A DNA stretch of 64,000 nucleotides from contig CALVGN010000040.1 in assembly GCA_944327105.1 (NCBI GenBank), forward strand, positions 4,247-68,246, in the 5' to 3' direction. This DNA comes from an uncultured Erysipelotrichaceae bacterium. GTDB taxonomy: Bacteria > Bacillota_I > Bacilli_A > Erysipelotrichales > Erysipelotrichaceae. Positions 55,763 to 64,000 of the stretch are shown piece by piece. A program made the translations under genes and the position numbers. The notes beneath the pieces were generated by a model. That model had not been told where the DNA came from. It was given only the letters and a program-made list of their open reading frames with translations, and searched no databases. How positions within the stretch are numbered: position 1 is the stretch's first letter; each line of letters begins with the position of its first letter.

Positions 55763-56490
55763 GCATCGATCACCACCTTTTCGATTTCTTCACGCAATTG
55801 TGTTTTGAGTTCTTCTTCCGGGATCAATTCCAATACCGGAGTGATATACCCTTTGGCTAACAATAAAGTAATGGATTCCATGGTCAAACCACGGGATTGC
55901 AGATAATACAGCTGTTTGGGACTCATGGCACCGATACTGGTGGAATGGGAAGCTGAACAGTTGTAATTGTCGATATACAATGATGGAACCATGGTGACAT
56001 GGTCATGATCGGAAAAAGTGAGGGCACGCAATGCCTGTCGGCATTGCGTATTGTCCGCTTCTTTTTCGATCGTACCAATGGCTTCGATTTTAAAATCATT
56101 GGCTGTATTGATCAGACCATAGTGTTCCATAGTGGATACAGTGGAAAGACCATGGTGGATGATTTCCATTTTCATCGTTTTCTTGGCATTGCCAAGAAAA
56201 CATGAACGGATATTCGTGGTGGCACCATTTTGAAGTGTGATGCGATAGTGCTGATCAATGGATTGATCCTTCATGGAAACAAGGGCAACGTCCAATATTG
56301 AATCGGGTTGGACCATGGCATGAAATTGCACGGAGCGACAGGCATTCAAATCCAATACCAGCGTCACCTGAGAATTGGGTTGAACCATCACATCCAGGTT
56401 GGTGTTACCATTCAATTGCCAATAAACCAATGGTTCAACCACATTCAAATGGTTTTCACCGGAAATAACGATGGGATTACAGATTGCCAT
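55741..56490 (-). CDS. sufD: Fe-S cluster assembly protein SufD (short form)
   Basis: 250 aa counted from the ATG at 56490, which has AAAGGAG 7 nt upstream. It shows a SufB/D beta-helix C-terminal pattern. The ORF track extends the ORF to 56595, inside sufC. Confidence 0.75.
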   Translation of the reverse strand: MAICNPIVISGENHLNVVEPLVYWQLNGNTNLDVMVQPNSQVTLVLDLNACRSVQFHAMVQPDSILDVALVSMKDQSIDQHYRITLQNGATTNIRSCFLGNAKKTMKMEIIHHGLSTVSTMEHYGLINTANDFKIEAIGTIEKEADNTQCRQALRALTFSDHDHVTMVPSLYIDNYNCSASHSTSIGAMSPKQLYYLQSRGLTMESITLLLAKGYITPVLELIPEEELKTQLREEIEKVVIDACLTKLQ

Positions 56491-57304
56491 TGAATGCTCC
56501 TTTGGTGGCACACGTTCCCAATAAACCACTGCTGGTTTTACCATTATTGGACGGATCGATGCCATATTGCCGATAGATCCAGTCATACCCTTCACTGTCG
56601 ATTCGTTCGATCAGATCCTTCTCACCGCTTAAAATGATCGAACCATTGATCAATACATGGACATGACTGGGATGCAGATAATCATAAAAGCGCTTGTAAT
56701 GGGATACCACCAGCATCCCCATTGGGGCTGTCTGGTGAAGATCCAATATGGCGTCCGCCACGAGTTTCAATGCATCCACATCCAACCCACTATCGGTTTC
56801 ATCCAGCATCGCGATGGATGGTTTCAACAATTTCATCTGGACGATCTCATTGCGTTTCTTTTCCCCGCCGCTGAATCCTTGATTCAAAAAACGATGGGCC
56901 AGATCCGGCTTCATTTTCAGATCATGGATGGCACCTTCCATCAACCGATAGAATTCAAATAAACGGATCGGGGATTCCCTTCGGGCATTGATCGCTTCTT
57001 TGAGAAAATCGGAATTGGTCACACCGGGGATCTCGATGGGATATTGCATGGCTAAAAAGATACCGGCTTTGCTGCGCTGATCCACACTCATGGACAGTAC
57101 ATCTTTTCCATCCAACATGATCGAACCATGGGTCACGGTATAATCCGGATCGCCCATGATGGTGGATAGCAAGGTGGATTTTCCATTCCCATTGGGTCCC
57201 ATCAAGGCATGGATCTCCCCACTGTTGACGGTTAGGGAAAGATTGGACAGAATGGGTTTATCATTGACGGATACACTTAAATCTTTGATTTCAAGCGTGC
57301 TCAT
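56477..57304 (-). CDS. sufC: Fe-S cluster assembly ATPase SufC
   Basis: 275-aa ORF with Walker A GPNGNGKST, an ABC signature-like FSGGEKKR, and Walker B AMLDETDSGLD. Confidence 0.92.
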   Translation of the reverse strand: MSTLEIKDLSVSVNDKPILSNLSLTVNSGEIHALMGPNGNGKSTLLSTIMGDPDYTVTHGSIMLDGKDVLSMSVDQRSKAGIFLAMQYPIEIPGVTNSDFLKEAINARRESPIRLFEFYRLMEGAIHDLKMKPDLAHRFLNQGFSGGEKKRNEIVQMKLLKPSIAMLDETDSGLDVDALKLVADAILDLHQTAPMGMLVVSHYKRFYDYLHPSHVHVLINGSIILSGEKDLIERIDSEGYDWIYRQYGIDPSNNGKTSSGLLGTCATKGAFNGNL

Positions 57305-57500
57305 AACTTCTCCTTAATATCATTGAATGCCTGATGATTATAACACTGCCATGGTTGCAACCATGAAATTACTCTCTTTGGGTTGACCAAATGTATATCT
57401 TGATGTGAATGATACGAATAATTTGGTGAAACCATCGGCAACATTGTACTTTTAAGACCATTTGGTTATAATCTTTAACCGTAATTTTAAGGAGGAAAAG

Positions 57501-58571
57501 ATGAAGGACATTCTAAAAAAATATGCCTTTGTATTCATTGCCGGTGCTTTTTTTCTGGTTGTGATCATTGCCTACAGTGTCCATCTGGTGTCCAATCAGA
57601 CACCGACCAAGACCGTTGATGGCAAGCAGATCGTCTACAGTATCGCCGGTATCGACAAGAGTGCAGATGAAGTGTATGACTACTACTATGATTCCATCGG
57701 TGAAAATGCCGTATTGAATGCATTCACCAATGCCGTGGTCGACGAATACAAAGACGCCGATAGCACGATGAAAGAAGAAGCCAAAGCCCAAGCCAACAAT
57801 GTGATTCTCTACTATCAGCAGAATTATGGTTCCAATTATGAATCCACCATCGTCGATATCTTACGGGGTATGGGTTACGATGATCTGGATGATCTGGATG
57901 ATTATTTCATCCGCATGGAAAAATACAACGATTTGATGGATGACTATCTATTGGCCAATCCAACCAGTGAAATGAGTGATTATCAAAGCAAACAGGGACG
58001 TACCGTCAGCCATATCCTGGTCAAGATGGAAGATCCGGATAATCCAAGCGAAGCAGAGATGCAAAAAGTCACAGACATTGAAAATGCGCTCAATGATGGT
58101 GAAGACTTTGCGGTGGTAGCAGCCACGTATTCCGATGATTCCAGTGCCAGCAATGGTGGTTTCTTAGGTGCCATGAATACCGATACCGAATATGTGGAAG
58201 CATTCAAGGAAGCAGCGTTGGCACTCAATAGTGGTGAAATGACCACGGATTGGGTCAAGACCGAATATGGATGGCATTTGATCAAATGTGAATCCACGGA
58301 TATGGTCGATATCCTTGATGGTGGATTGAGAGACACCATTTTGAACAATGATGTCACCATCGGTTACAAGGCGTTATGGGCTGCTGCGGAAAATGAAGGT
58401 GTCAGCTTTGCCAATGATGAGATCAAGGAATTGATCGAAAATACATTCATCATCGAAGAAAGCATGGATGATACCAGCGAAAATGCGGATGATGTTACCA
58501 GTGATGAAGTGGTTGAAACCGAAACCCCGAGTGAAACGGTGGAAAGTGAGGAAACAAGCGATGCGGAATAA
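57501..58571 (+). CDS. prsA: PrsA-like peptidyl-prolyl isomerase (parvulin), N-terminal TM anchor
   Basis: The ATG at 57501 follows TAAGGAGG. The parvulin core is VSHILV...GGFLGAM...GWHLIKC. It has an acidic C-terminal tail. Confidence 0.8.
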   Translation: MKDILKKYAFVFIAGAFFLVVIIAYSVHLVSNQTPTKTVDGKQIVYSIAGIDKSADEVYDYYYDSIGENAVLNAFTNAVVDEYKDADSTMKEEAKAQANNVILYYQQNYGSNYESTIVDILRGMGYDDLDDLDDYFIRMEKYNDLMDDYLLANPTSEMSDYQSKQGRTVSHILVKMEDPDNPSEAEMQKVTDIENALNDGEDFAVVAATYSDDSSASNGGFLGAMNTDTEYVEAFKEAALALNSGEMTTDWVKTEYGWHLIKCESTDMVDILDGGLRDTILNNDVTIGYKALWAAAENEGVSFANDEIKELIENTFIIEESMDDTSENADDVTSDEVVETETPSETVESEETSDAE

Positions 58572-59541
58572 GAAAATCACGATTAGCTTATGTGCATTGA
58601 TCACATTGTCTGCTGGTTGCGCCAGCAACCAGACCACCACGGTTTCCAATGCCACTGAACCCTTCTTTACTGTGGGTGATACCACCATCAGCAAAGGGGA
58701 TATCTACGAATACATGAAATTACAGAATCTAGATAGTGGTATCATCGCCATGGCTGAAACAGATCTGGTCAACCAATTGGTCCCGGTCACGGATGAAATG
58801 AATGCCACGGTGGATGAGCGAGTGGCTGCGGATAAAGAATTATATGGTGAAGAAACATTCTTGACCATGATCAATTATTATGGTTTTGCGGATGAACAAG
58901 CGTATCGGGATGCCTATTTGACCAATATCCAGATCACGGAATTGACCAAACAGTATGTCGAAGACAACTGGGATGCCATGATCGAAAAGTACAACCCACG
59001 CAAAGCGGTGGTCCTATCATTTGTCGAAACGACATCCGATACGGAAAGTGATGAAACCACGGAAGGCGATGAGGCCACCACATCCCAAGCCCAACAGGAT
59101 GCTCAAGCCGCTTATGAAGCATTAAGCAGCGGTGAAAAAGATTTGCAGACCATTATCGATGAATATGATCTGACCGCTGAAGCCGAACCCCAGTTGTATA
59201 CCACGGAAGATACATCCCTGACCAATCTGGTGCGTACCTATATCCAAACCAACCAACCGGGTTATTCCACACCGGTCTATGATGATTCCAATGGTACACC
59301 GACTTACTATGTGGTCTATCTGGCAGATATTGATCCCAACAATTTCAAAGATGAAGTATTAGAAGAGTTGGCAAGCAATAATGCTGTTGCGGAAGAAAGT
59401 GATCAGTATTATCTCAAATCCAATGGATTCTTTGTGTATGATCAGATGATTTTGGATGCCTTACGCACCAATTACAATGATTATTTAACAGAAGAACAAG
59501 CGGTACCGAGTGAAGTGGTTGAAACCACGGCTACTGAATAG
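58561..59541 (+). CDS. lipoprotein, PrsA/SurA N-domain-like, no PPIase domain
   Basis: 326 aa counted from the ATG at 58561 (MRNKKITISLCALITLSAGCASNQ, lipobox-like SAGC). The start overlaps the prsA stop by 11 nt. The ORF-track start at 58468 is rejected. Confidence 0.65.
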   Translation: MRNKKITISLCALITLSAGCASNQTTTVSNATEPFFTVGDTTISKGDIYEYMKLQNLDSGIIAMAETDLVNQLVPVTDEMNATVDERVAADKELYGEETFLTMINYYGFADEQAYRDAYLTNIQITELTKQYVEDNWDAMIEKYNPRKAVVLSFVETTSDTESDETTEGDEATTSQAQQDAQAAYEALSSGEKDLQTIIDEYDLTAEAEPQLYTTEDTSLTNLVRTYIQTNQPGYSTPVYDDSNGTPTYYVVYLADIDPNNFKDEVLEELASNNAVAEESDQYYLKSNGFFVYDQMILDALRTNYNDYLTEEQAVPSEVVETTATE

Positions 59542-59611
59542 ATAAATCAAGGGTATTGACAAAAAGTCATACCCTTTTTTTAATGGTCTTAACCATGAAA
59601 GGACGATATTT

Positions 59612-60004
59612 ATGTGTGTATTCTGCGAAATCATCAATGGAAATATTCCAACCAACAAAGTCTATGAAGATGATCTGACCATGGCTTTTCTGGATCTATC
59701 TCAAACCACCTATGGCCATACCCTGGTCGTACCAAAAAAGCATGTGGATAACTTCTGGGATGCCGATCAATCCACCATCGATGCCGTGATGCATACGGTT
59801 AAAACGGTCAGTGAGTTATTGAAAGAGAAACTTCATTGCGAAGGGATGAACATTTTGACCAACATCAATCCGGTGGCCGGACAAAGTGTGATGCATTTCC
59901 ATGTCCATTTGATCCCTCGGTATGGAAAGGATGATACGATCAAAATCGAATTCAGTGAAAACAAAGTCGATACGAAAGCATTGATGCAAACATTGACTCG
60001 ATAA
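59612..60004 (+). CDS. hit: HIT-family nucleotide hydrolase
   Basis: 130-aa ORF beginning MCVFCEIINGNIP, with the histidine triad HFHVHLIP. Confidence 0.9.
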   Translation: MCVFCEIINGNIPTNKVYEDDLTMAFLDLSQTTYGHTLVVPKKHVDNFWDADQSTIDAVMHTVKTVSELLKEKLHCEGMNILTNINPVAGQSVMHFHVHLIPRYGKDDTIKIEFSENKVDTKALMQTLTR

Positions 60005-60006
60005 TA

Positions 60007-60036
60007 AAAATCCAAGGCATTTGCCTTGGATTTTAT
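60007..60036. terminator. bidirectional terminator
   Basis: aaaa-tccaaggca/tgccttgga-tttt between the convergent hit and beta-galactosidase genes. Confidence 0.75.
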
Positions 60037-60070
60037 TTGGTTGAACCATAGTTAAGTGATTTGATCACGA

Positions 60071-63000
60071 TTATTGGATTTCGATCAAATACTGCAGATG
60101 ATAATCGGTATTCTCTTGGACACAATATTGATCCAATGTCTGGGGTCCATTCGATCCATTCCCCACACCTCGCATGAAAGCATCCAGGATCAATGTGTTG
60201 GTTTCATTGGGTATCAATTCATGCCAATGCGAAGCATTGGCAATATCCAATGGATCATTGGTTTCATAAGTAAATCCCAATGGATTGGCCATGGTAAAGG
60301 AAATCATGGTTGAACCATCGGATAATGCAAGATGATCCACATCGAGCTTATGTTCACTGGTTTGCGGTGTCAGATAGACTTGTTGGTACTGACCGATGGT
60401 TTGCGTGTATGTACCATAAATGGCACTTTGACGACGATCAGTGTAATGATCATATTGACCATAGCCTTGATAGGTATAGGTATCATAGGATGGATCGACA
60501 TGCCACTTGGTTCCAACCAGGGGTAATGGACCATTGGTAGTGGTTTTACCCGTTGATATAGTGGTATCCACCAATAACGACGAACCATTGAATGTATAAG
60601 TGGTATGCGTAGATATATCCAAAGATGTATATGTGATATCAAAAGATATCCTGATCGAACCATCCTCTTGATGGTTTAAACCATACTCTACCGTATGGGG
60701 ATAATCGTTTTGGATCAATTCCACATTCAATAATGGATCATTATCGATCGGTGCACGGTATAACTGAAGATATCCACTGTCCGTAAAGATGGTTGAACCA
60801 TTGACATCAAACGTAGTCAATATCCCTATGGTCGTATCAAAGGATACAGTGGTTGAACCATCTGCACTACTCAGGGTAATGGTTCCATCCCCTTGTTCCA
60901 CTTCAACATTTCCTGCCGATAATTTCAATTCGATCGGAGTCCGTGACACTTCCAGTTGTTCAAAAGCGATCCATTGCGAATGGGGGGCATCTTTTGTGTA
61001 AACATATGCCTGGATGATCGTAGTATGACCATCGGAATAAGGAGTTATCGTATACGAACAAGACTTTCCGGCAGCACAATCCAATTCAAATTGCTGTGTA
61101 TGGATGGTCGTACCATCCTGGATCGTGATGATTTCCAAGATCATCCCGTTTAATGATTGCGTAGGATAATGATTGGTCAACGTAACGGTGGTTTCATCCA
61201 TCTGGATTTCGATCGGACTGTATACCGCCTTTAATTCCAGTGCTTCGCTTTGCAACGACCGATCGGCACTGACGATCCCGTTACCGCAGAAATTTCCGTC
61301 GTTGAGCACTTGTCCCCAATCACTCCCGTTACCGAAATAACAGATACCCTCTTGACACGTGATGATCGACTGATCCGCAAAATCCCAGACGAACCCGCCG
61401 GCAATCCCGTGTGTTTCAATGGCTTCCATGTAGTCGTTGAAATTGCCCAATCCATTGCCCATGGCATGGGCATATTCTTGTTGAACATAAGGAATATCAT
61501 AGGTTTCATTCATTTCAACCATCTCATCAATGGATAGATACTGGCTGCTGGCGATATCGACCATACTGGTTTCACGCGTTTTTCCGACGCGATTGTCGCG
61601 CTCATACATGCGAAGTCGCGTTGGGTCTTTTTTTAATACATGTTTGGCGATCACATAAAATCCATAATCATCATTCAATGCATATTCACTATAGGTACTT
61701 TCATTGCCGTACGACCAAATGATGATGGACGGATGATTGATGTCCCGTTCGATCATATTGTCAATGCGTTGCATCATTTGATCCGTATACGCCGGATTAT
61801 TGCCCGGGATACCCAGTTCCACAGCTCCCCCATGGCTTTCGATATTGGCTTCATCAATAAGCAATAGTCCCAATTCATCGGCCAAATCATACGTCAAAGG
61901 ATCATTGGGATAATGGGAAAGACGGATGGCGTTGATATTCAAGGATCGGATCAATTGAAGATCCTGGATGATGGTTTCGTGAGTCAAAGCTTTGCCCCGA
62001 TCGGGATCCATTTCATGGCGATTGATACCATTGAGTAAGGTGGCATGACCATTGATATAAATGGTCGAATCATCCCATGTCAATTCTCGAAATCCGATAC
62101 GAATGACATTGTAAAGGGATTGATCATCTACCACTGTGATCAATCGATACAGATATGGTTCATCGATATTCCATAAATGAACGCGTAGATCATCAAAGGA
62201 TAAAGTGGTTTCAACCATAGAAGCATTGGCGGTATAAGTAGCCGATGCACTGGCGATGGTTTGACCATTGGTATCCACCAGATAAGCTTTCAATTCATGG
62301 TTTTTACCATCACTGCCATACAATGTGACATCCACCTTCATATCAATGGACGAACCATAGGAAATATGGGTTTCAATATCATACACACTGCTCGATCCCA
62401 TCTGGATAATGGATACATCCCGGAATATGCCAAACAAGCGGATCATATCCTGATTTTCCAGATAACTGCCATCTGCATATTGATACACTTCCAACGCAAT
62501 GGTATTACTCCCTTGATGAATATACGGAGTAATATCAAAATCACTGGGGCCATAGGAATCTTCACTGTATCCGATGCATTGCCCATTGATATACACATAA
62601 AATGCACTGGCGACACCATCAAAATGAAGGATATAGTGCTGGTTGGGATCATAAGAATCAACGATGAATTCCCGTTTATAATGCCCCACTCCATTTTGTG
62701 ATGTAGCAGCGACGGGCAACCCGTCGCCCCCATATTGAATGGTTTCCGTATTCAACCATGGATACGTATTGTTGATATACAATGGCGCTTGATAAACAAA
62801 TTCCCCATCATCACCTTTTTCGGTTTGCACACAATGGGGAACCGTCAATGTATCCCATCCAATCGTGTCCCAGTTTTCCGTATAGGACGTGATAGACGAA
62901 CCCGTATAACCACGAAGCCGATCAGTTGGTCGATCGACATAGTAAAAAGACCACGATCCATTGAGGTCGATATATCGGGATGAGATCGATTGATCGATCT

Positions 63001-63286
63001 CATCCAATACCGTATCACTAGCTAAGATCGCATCATCCAATGAATCGTAGTATTCCATGGATGCATGGGGCGACAATTCATTGATCGAAAAGACTTGATG
63101 TTGGTCGTACCACGCTTCACCAATAAATTCTGTAGTCGTCGGATAAACCGATTGAGATTGCTGCAACACATCGGGATCAAGCGTCGGTTCACTTTCCACA
63201 GTGTAACTGATCGAACCATCAGTGGTCGCACATGCACATGCCATGGTCAAAACCATGGCATGGATCAAAACTTTAGTTAATTTCAT
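60071..63286 (-). CDS. GH2-family beta-galactosidase with N-terminal signal peptide
   Basis: About 1071 aa counted from the ATG at 63286 (MKLTKVLIHAMVLTMACACATTDG). It has the acid/base region NHPSIIIWSYGNES and the nucleophile region QQEYAHAMGNG, as in LacZ. The ORF track extends the ORF to 63346. Confidence 0.85.
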   Translation of the reverse strand: MKLTKVLIHAMVLTMACACATTDGSISYTVESEPTLDPDVLQQSQSVYPTTTEFIGEAWYDQHQVFSINELSPHASMEYYDSLDDAILASDTVLDEIDQSISSRYIDLNGSWSFYYVDRPTDRLRGYTGSSITSYTENWDTIGWDTLTVPHCVQTEKGDDGEFVYQAPLYINNTYPWLNTETIQYGGDGLPVAATSQNGVGHYKREFIVDSYDPNQHYILHFDGVASAFYVYINGQCIGYSEDSYGPSDFDITPYIHQGSNTIALEVYQYADGSYLENQDMIRLFGIFRDVSIIQMGSSSVYDIETHISYGSSIDMKVDVTLYGSDGKNHELKAYLVDTNGQTIASASATYTANASMVETTLSFDDLRVHLWNIDEPYLYRLITVVDDQSLYNVIRIGFRELTWDDSTIYINGHATLLNGINRHEMDPDRGKALTHETIIQDLQLIRSLNINAIRLSHYPNDPLTYDLADELGLLLIDEANIESHGGAVELGIPGNNPAYTDQMMQRIDNMIERDINHPSIIIWSYGNESTYSEYALNDDYGFYVIAKHVLKKDPTRLRMYERDNRVGKTRETSMVDIASSQYLSIDEMVEMNETYDIPYVQQEYAHAMGNGLGNFNDYMEAIETHGIAGGFVWDFADQSIITCQEGICYFGNGSDWGQVLNDGNFCGNGIVSADRSLQSEALELKAVYSPIEIQMDETTVTLTNHYPTQSLNGMILEIITIQDGTTIHTQQFELDCAAGKSCSYTITPYSDGHTTIIQAYVYTKDAPHSQWIAFEQLEVSRTPIELKLSAGNVEVEQGDGTITLSSADGSTTVSFDTTIGILTTFDVNGSTIFTDSGYLQLYRAPIDNDPLLNVELIQNDYPHTVEYGLNHQEDGSIRISFDITYTSLDISTHTTYTFNGSSLLVDTTISTGKTTTNGPLPLVGTKWHVDPSYDTYTYQGYGQYDHYTDRRQSAIYGTYTQTIGQYQQVYLTPQTSEHKLDVDHLALSDGSTMISFTMANPLGFTYETNDPLDIANASHWHELIPNETNTLILDAFMRGVGNGSNGPQTLDQYCVQENTDYHLQYLIEIQ

Positions 63287-64000
63287 CTTCACTTTTAGAT
63301 TTTGGTTTATAGAAGCGTCGATTATCCAGTGCAAACATCCGTTCACTAAACGTCCCTGCTTCCGTTTTTGACAATAAGGACGTCATCATATCCATCTTGG
63401 CATCGATGTTATCGATATAATACAAAATTTCTGCTTCCATCAATTGGGGCCGTACCGGTGAACCATACTCATATTGCCCATGATGGGAAAGGATCAAATG
63501 TCGCAACAATAATGTCTGCTCTTGATCCCCAACTCCACATTGATCCGCGATTTCCATCAATAACCCATGCATGATGGAGATATGACCGCATAGATTTCCT
63601 TCCGCAGTATATTGTGTAGCAATGGGGGAATCCAATTCATACAGTTTACCGATATCGTGGCATAACACTCCGGATATCAATAGATCCCGATCCAATTGGG
63701 GATAAATATCACAGATGGCATTGGCCAATTTGATCATCCCGGATACGTGTGTGGCTAAACCACCGTAGAAATTGTGATGATTGCGACTGGCCGCGGGATG
63801 CGAAAAGAAATCGGTTCCGGCGCGTTTGAAGATCGCTTCCACCAGTTGATGATACACGGGATCTTGGATCTGTTCATAGGCAGCACGAATGGTTTTTTTC
63901 AATTCATCCGTAGCGATCGGTGATTTTTGCACATATTGACTCAAATCCACACTACGTTGGTCCAACGCACGCACAGCATTGATGCGCATTTGCAAGGCGT
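63273..64000 (-). CDS. yhaM: 3'-5' exoribonuclease YhaM (HD domain), C-terminal part; N-terminus lies beyond the window end
   Basis: Contains the HD-domain motifs HHNFYGGLATH, LCHDIGK and SHHG. The frame stays open to position 64000. Confidence 0.75.
   Translation of the reverse strand, partial: ALQMRINAVRALDQRSVDLSQYVQKSPIATDELKKTIRAAYEQIQDPVYHQLVEAIFKRAGTDFFSHPAASRNHHNFYGGLATHVSGMIKLANAICDIYPQLDRDLLISGVLCHDIGKLYELDSPIATQYTAEGNLCGHISIMHGLLMEIADQCGVGDQEQTLLLRHLILSHHGQYEYGSPVRPQLMEAEILYYIDNIDAKMDMMTSLLSKTEAGTFSERMFALDNRRFYKPKSKSEDEIN

Noticed and set aside
1-64000. CRISPR arrays, rRNA operons and intact IS or transposase genes.
   Set aside because: None were seen on either strand. The only tandem repeat noticed is the 12-nt duplication at 20105-20128 inside the integrase pseudogene.

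Overview
This looks like a chromosomal core segment of a low-GC Gram-positive (Bacillota-type) genome. I cannot assign a species. Gene order closely follows the Bacillus subtilis ylb/ylo/ymd regions. About 60 CDS are tightly packed and mostly on the minus strand. From left to right:
- rnj (partial), miaB, a tyrosine phosphatase, murQ, and a C_GCAxxG_C_C-family gene with an in-frame stop.
- One long minus-strand string: mraZ-rsmH-ftsL-PBP-mraY, two unknown membrane proteins, then cmk-der-gpsA.
- yceD-rpmF, tmcAL, and rny-ymdB-tagD.
- A lone tRNA-Pro(CGG) followed by a ~1.7 kb decayed integrative-element remnant, then pgsA-recA.
- A HlyD/MacB-type tripartite efflux operon, rpsD, gmk, rqcH and rluB.
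- A 906-aa glucosaminidase followed by a tiny ParB-like ORF, then add and punA.
- A Met T-box controlling metNIQ plus an M20 hydrolase, then ftsA-ftsZ and rpmB.
- thiN-rpe-prkC-prpC-rlmN-rsmB-priA, an AlkD-like gene, and sufCDSUB.
- Two PrsA-like genes, hit, a GH2 beta-galactosidase, and yhaM (partial).
I saw no rRNA genes, CRISPR arrays or intact mobile elements.
The most unusual signal is not a gene. It is an interrupted palindrome, (A)TGGTY-N1-2-RACCA(T), which recurs roughly every 600 bp. It sits in coding sequence (all frames, both strands), in intergenic regions, inside start codons, and next to promoters and terminators. That is far above chance expectation.
Other points worth a second look:
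- a promoter-structured leader-terminator unit in front of the one surviving ORF of the tRNA-Pro island remnant;
- a candidate small RNA or leader upstream of pgsA-recA;
- a PriA homolog that has lost its Walker A and DExH motifs;
- apparently leaderless starts for yceD, tmcAL and rqcH;
- def, fmt and rsgA missing from their otherwise conserved positions.
All coordinates and counts come from reading the sequence by hand and should be recomputed.
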